Positions 39,287 through 41,100 of a stretch of 41,100 bases of DNA are shown here, piece after piece. Position numbers and translations under genes: made by a program. The stretch lies in assembly GCA_032718475.1 (NCBI GenBank), contig JAUCBJ010000820.1, forward strand, positions 1 through 41,100, given 5' to 3'. The stretch's first letter is position 1, and each line of letters starts with the position of its first letter. The stretch comes from Nemertoderma westbladi (Eukaryota; Animalia; Xenacoelomorpha). Under the pieces are notes generated by a model, which searched no databases, was not told the DNA's origin, and saw nothing but the letters and a program-made list of their open reading frames with translations.

Positions 39287-41100
39287 GTAGGCCTACAGTA
39301 TTATAATTTTAAGGGATTCCATACTATTTGTATGACTAAGCCTATATATAGTTTCATTTTGACTTTCGGAAATATTGCTAACTGATGAAATGTTTTGAAA
39401 TCCTGAATCAATATATTTCAGATGGTCGTACAAAAATCACCCGCTTTTGTTGTTTCTCACCACCTTCCGAGCCGAGCCAGCGAGAGTGTTCATCTGACGT
39501 GACAATCCGCTAACAGGTACCGGTAGGCCATGCAAGATAATATCAACTCATCTTATAGGCCTAAAGTTAAAGATAGAATAACAATAATAGATATGTAGGT
39601 AGGTGACAAGGGGAGGGAGAGGGATGATGGGGGGACTTGACCGAAATACCATCTCGGCGAATTAATATTTCTCCTCCCTGTTAAAATATTTATTAGGGAT
39701 TGATCAGGTTATATTGACACGTTATTCTAACCAAAACAATAAACTAATGACATACCATATACTACAGAGATACACGTCAAATGTATCTACAGTAAATCTG
39801 TTTAGAGACAAATGCTACAGTATGTATGATTTGATCTCAGCTTTAAACATGCGTGAGTCAGAATCGAAGACCTTGAAGAATTCTACAAAGATAATAGCTA
39901 AATTACTGTCTTTCCTCATATTCTTCTGTGGGTTGTAGGGTGCTGTGGGTCTATCCCGATTCTACGATATGACCCATTCATAGAGTCTCGGGTTTCCTTT
40001 CTTTGGGACAGTAATTAGCGTGTTATGGCCTCATTACTTGAGTGCGATCTTTGCGTGTTACATGTCTTGGAGAATGTAGAATAGGACTAAGCAAAACATT
40101 CATCGATTTTGAAAACCTCTCTAGGTAAGCCTGCGCCATCAACACCACAGGCTTTATTTATCTTAATAGAAGCTGCAACAATTTCTACTTTAGAAAACTT
40201 AAATCGCTGGTAGGGATCTGTTTTAGCGGGATATCTTACACGATATGTAATAATAAACTGATTAATTTACACAGTATAATAACAAAACTCTGACATGAAC
40301 AATTAAGTACCGGTAATATGGGTACTACTGTACAGCATAGCACTCTTCAGCGTGTTGGATAGTGAAGTTGGTGTCCTTATCTTCGATCATTGTACAGTAG
40401 TATGTAGGCCTAGTCCACTATTTCTTTAGCTACAGTAGTTATTTGCAATCCATCTTAAACAGTTATTTACTCTTATTACATCGTAAAATAACAGGATATT
40501 GATTTATAATGATAAATAACTTTCGGAGACGGTCACAAAATCAACAATATATTCCAGAATACAACATAACTATAATTGGCGGGCAAGGTTGCGGTAAAAC
40601 AGGTAAGTTATTTAGTATATTAGTATAATCGTATTATAATATTAGTATTATAGACTTGTTAACTGCTCATTACCAGAGGTTGGAGACGGTTGCGAAGTTA
40701 GATGTTGGTAAGCCTAATGATGTTGGATTTGGGTGGGATGATGGTGTTGAGGTTTCAATCGACCACATTTTCCGCAATTTCTAAAAGAAATCAAAATGTA
40801 TCGCTTTTATTGCTTCAAATTAAAATTTAAATCCGGGTGGGGTGGGGGGGGGGGGGGGGGGTGCAGAGGGAGTGGGTGGGCTTCGTATTAAAAATTTACA
40901 CTATATGGGTCATTGTCTACTTCGATAATTCGTTAATCGTTGTTTAAGAAATTATAATTGTCATGTTGACTGTTTGTGGTCGGATGGCTGACAATTAATG
41001 GCATGCGTGTTTTCGTTGTACTTCGGGTAGGGGGAAGCAATTGGCACGGGACAATTTTCCTGGAGGCAATTAGCCTCGCGGTGTAGACCTAACCGACAGA

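Noticed and set aside
39422-39516. Candidate coding exon between TTTCAG and GTACCG
   Set aside because: It has stops in all three frames and no supporting homology.
40835-40880. G-rich tract (also C-rich tracts at 4525-4570 and about 34235)
   Set aside because: Simple low-complexity sequence with no further structure.

Overview
This is repeat-dominated, AT-rich eukaryotic DNA, most likely from an invertebrate animal, and I can support no intact host gene. Most ORFs in the supplied track are translations of repeats. (1) 1-4481 is a near-identical 2349-bp tandem duplication. Each copy holds a 5'-truncated non-LTR RT ORF, a degenerate tRNA-SINE head and a 36-bp G-rich minisatellite. (2) A decayed CR1-type LINE on the minus strand is split into three pieces (33215-31287, 29786-29729, 7377-6912) by about 24 kb of head-to-tail non-autonomous rolling-circle (Helitron/Helentron-like) elements. 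These come in two terminal types, A and B. Each type has its own 5' hairpin, matching subterminal inverted repeat and 3' hairpin + CTAG. Heads and tails are type-matched in all 13 complete units even though the interiors reassort. (3) The distal part has a foldback element, two tRNA-derived SINEs that are each linked to a minisatellite (36 bp and 63 bp), and a probable PIF/Harbinger transposase remnant.
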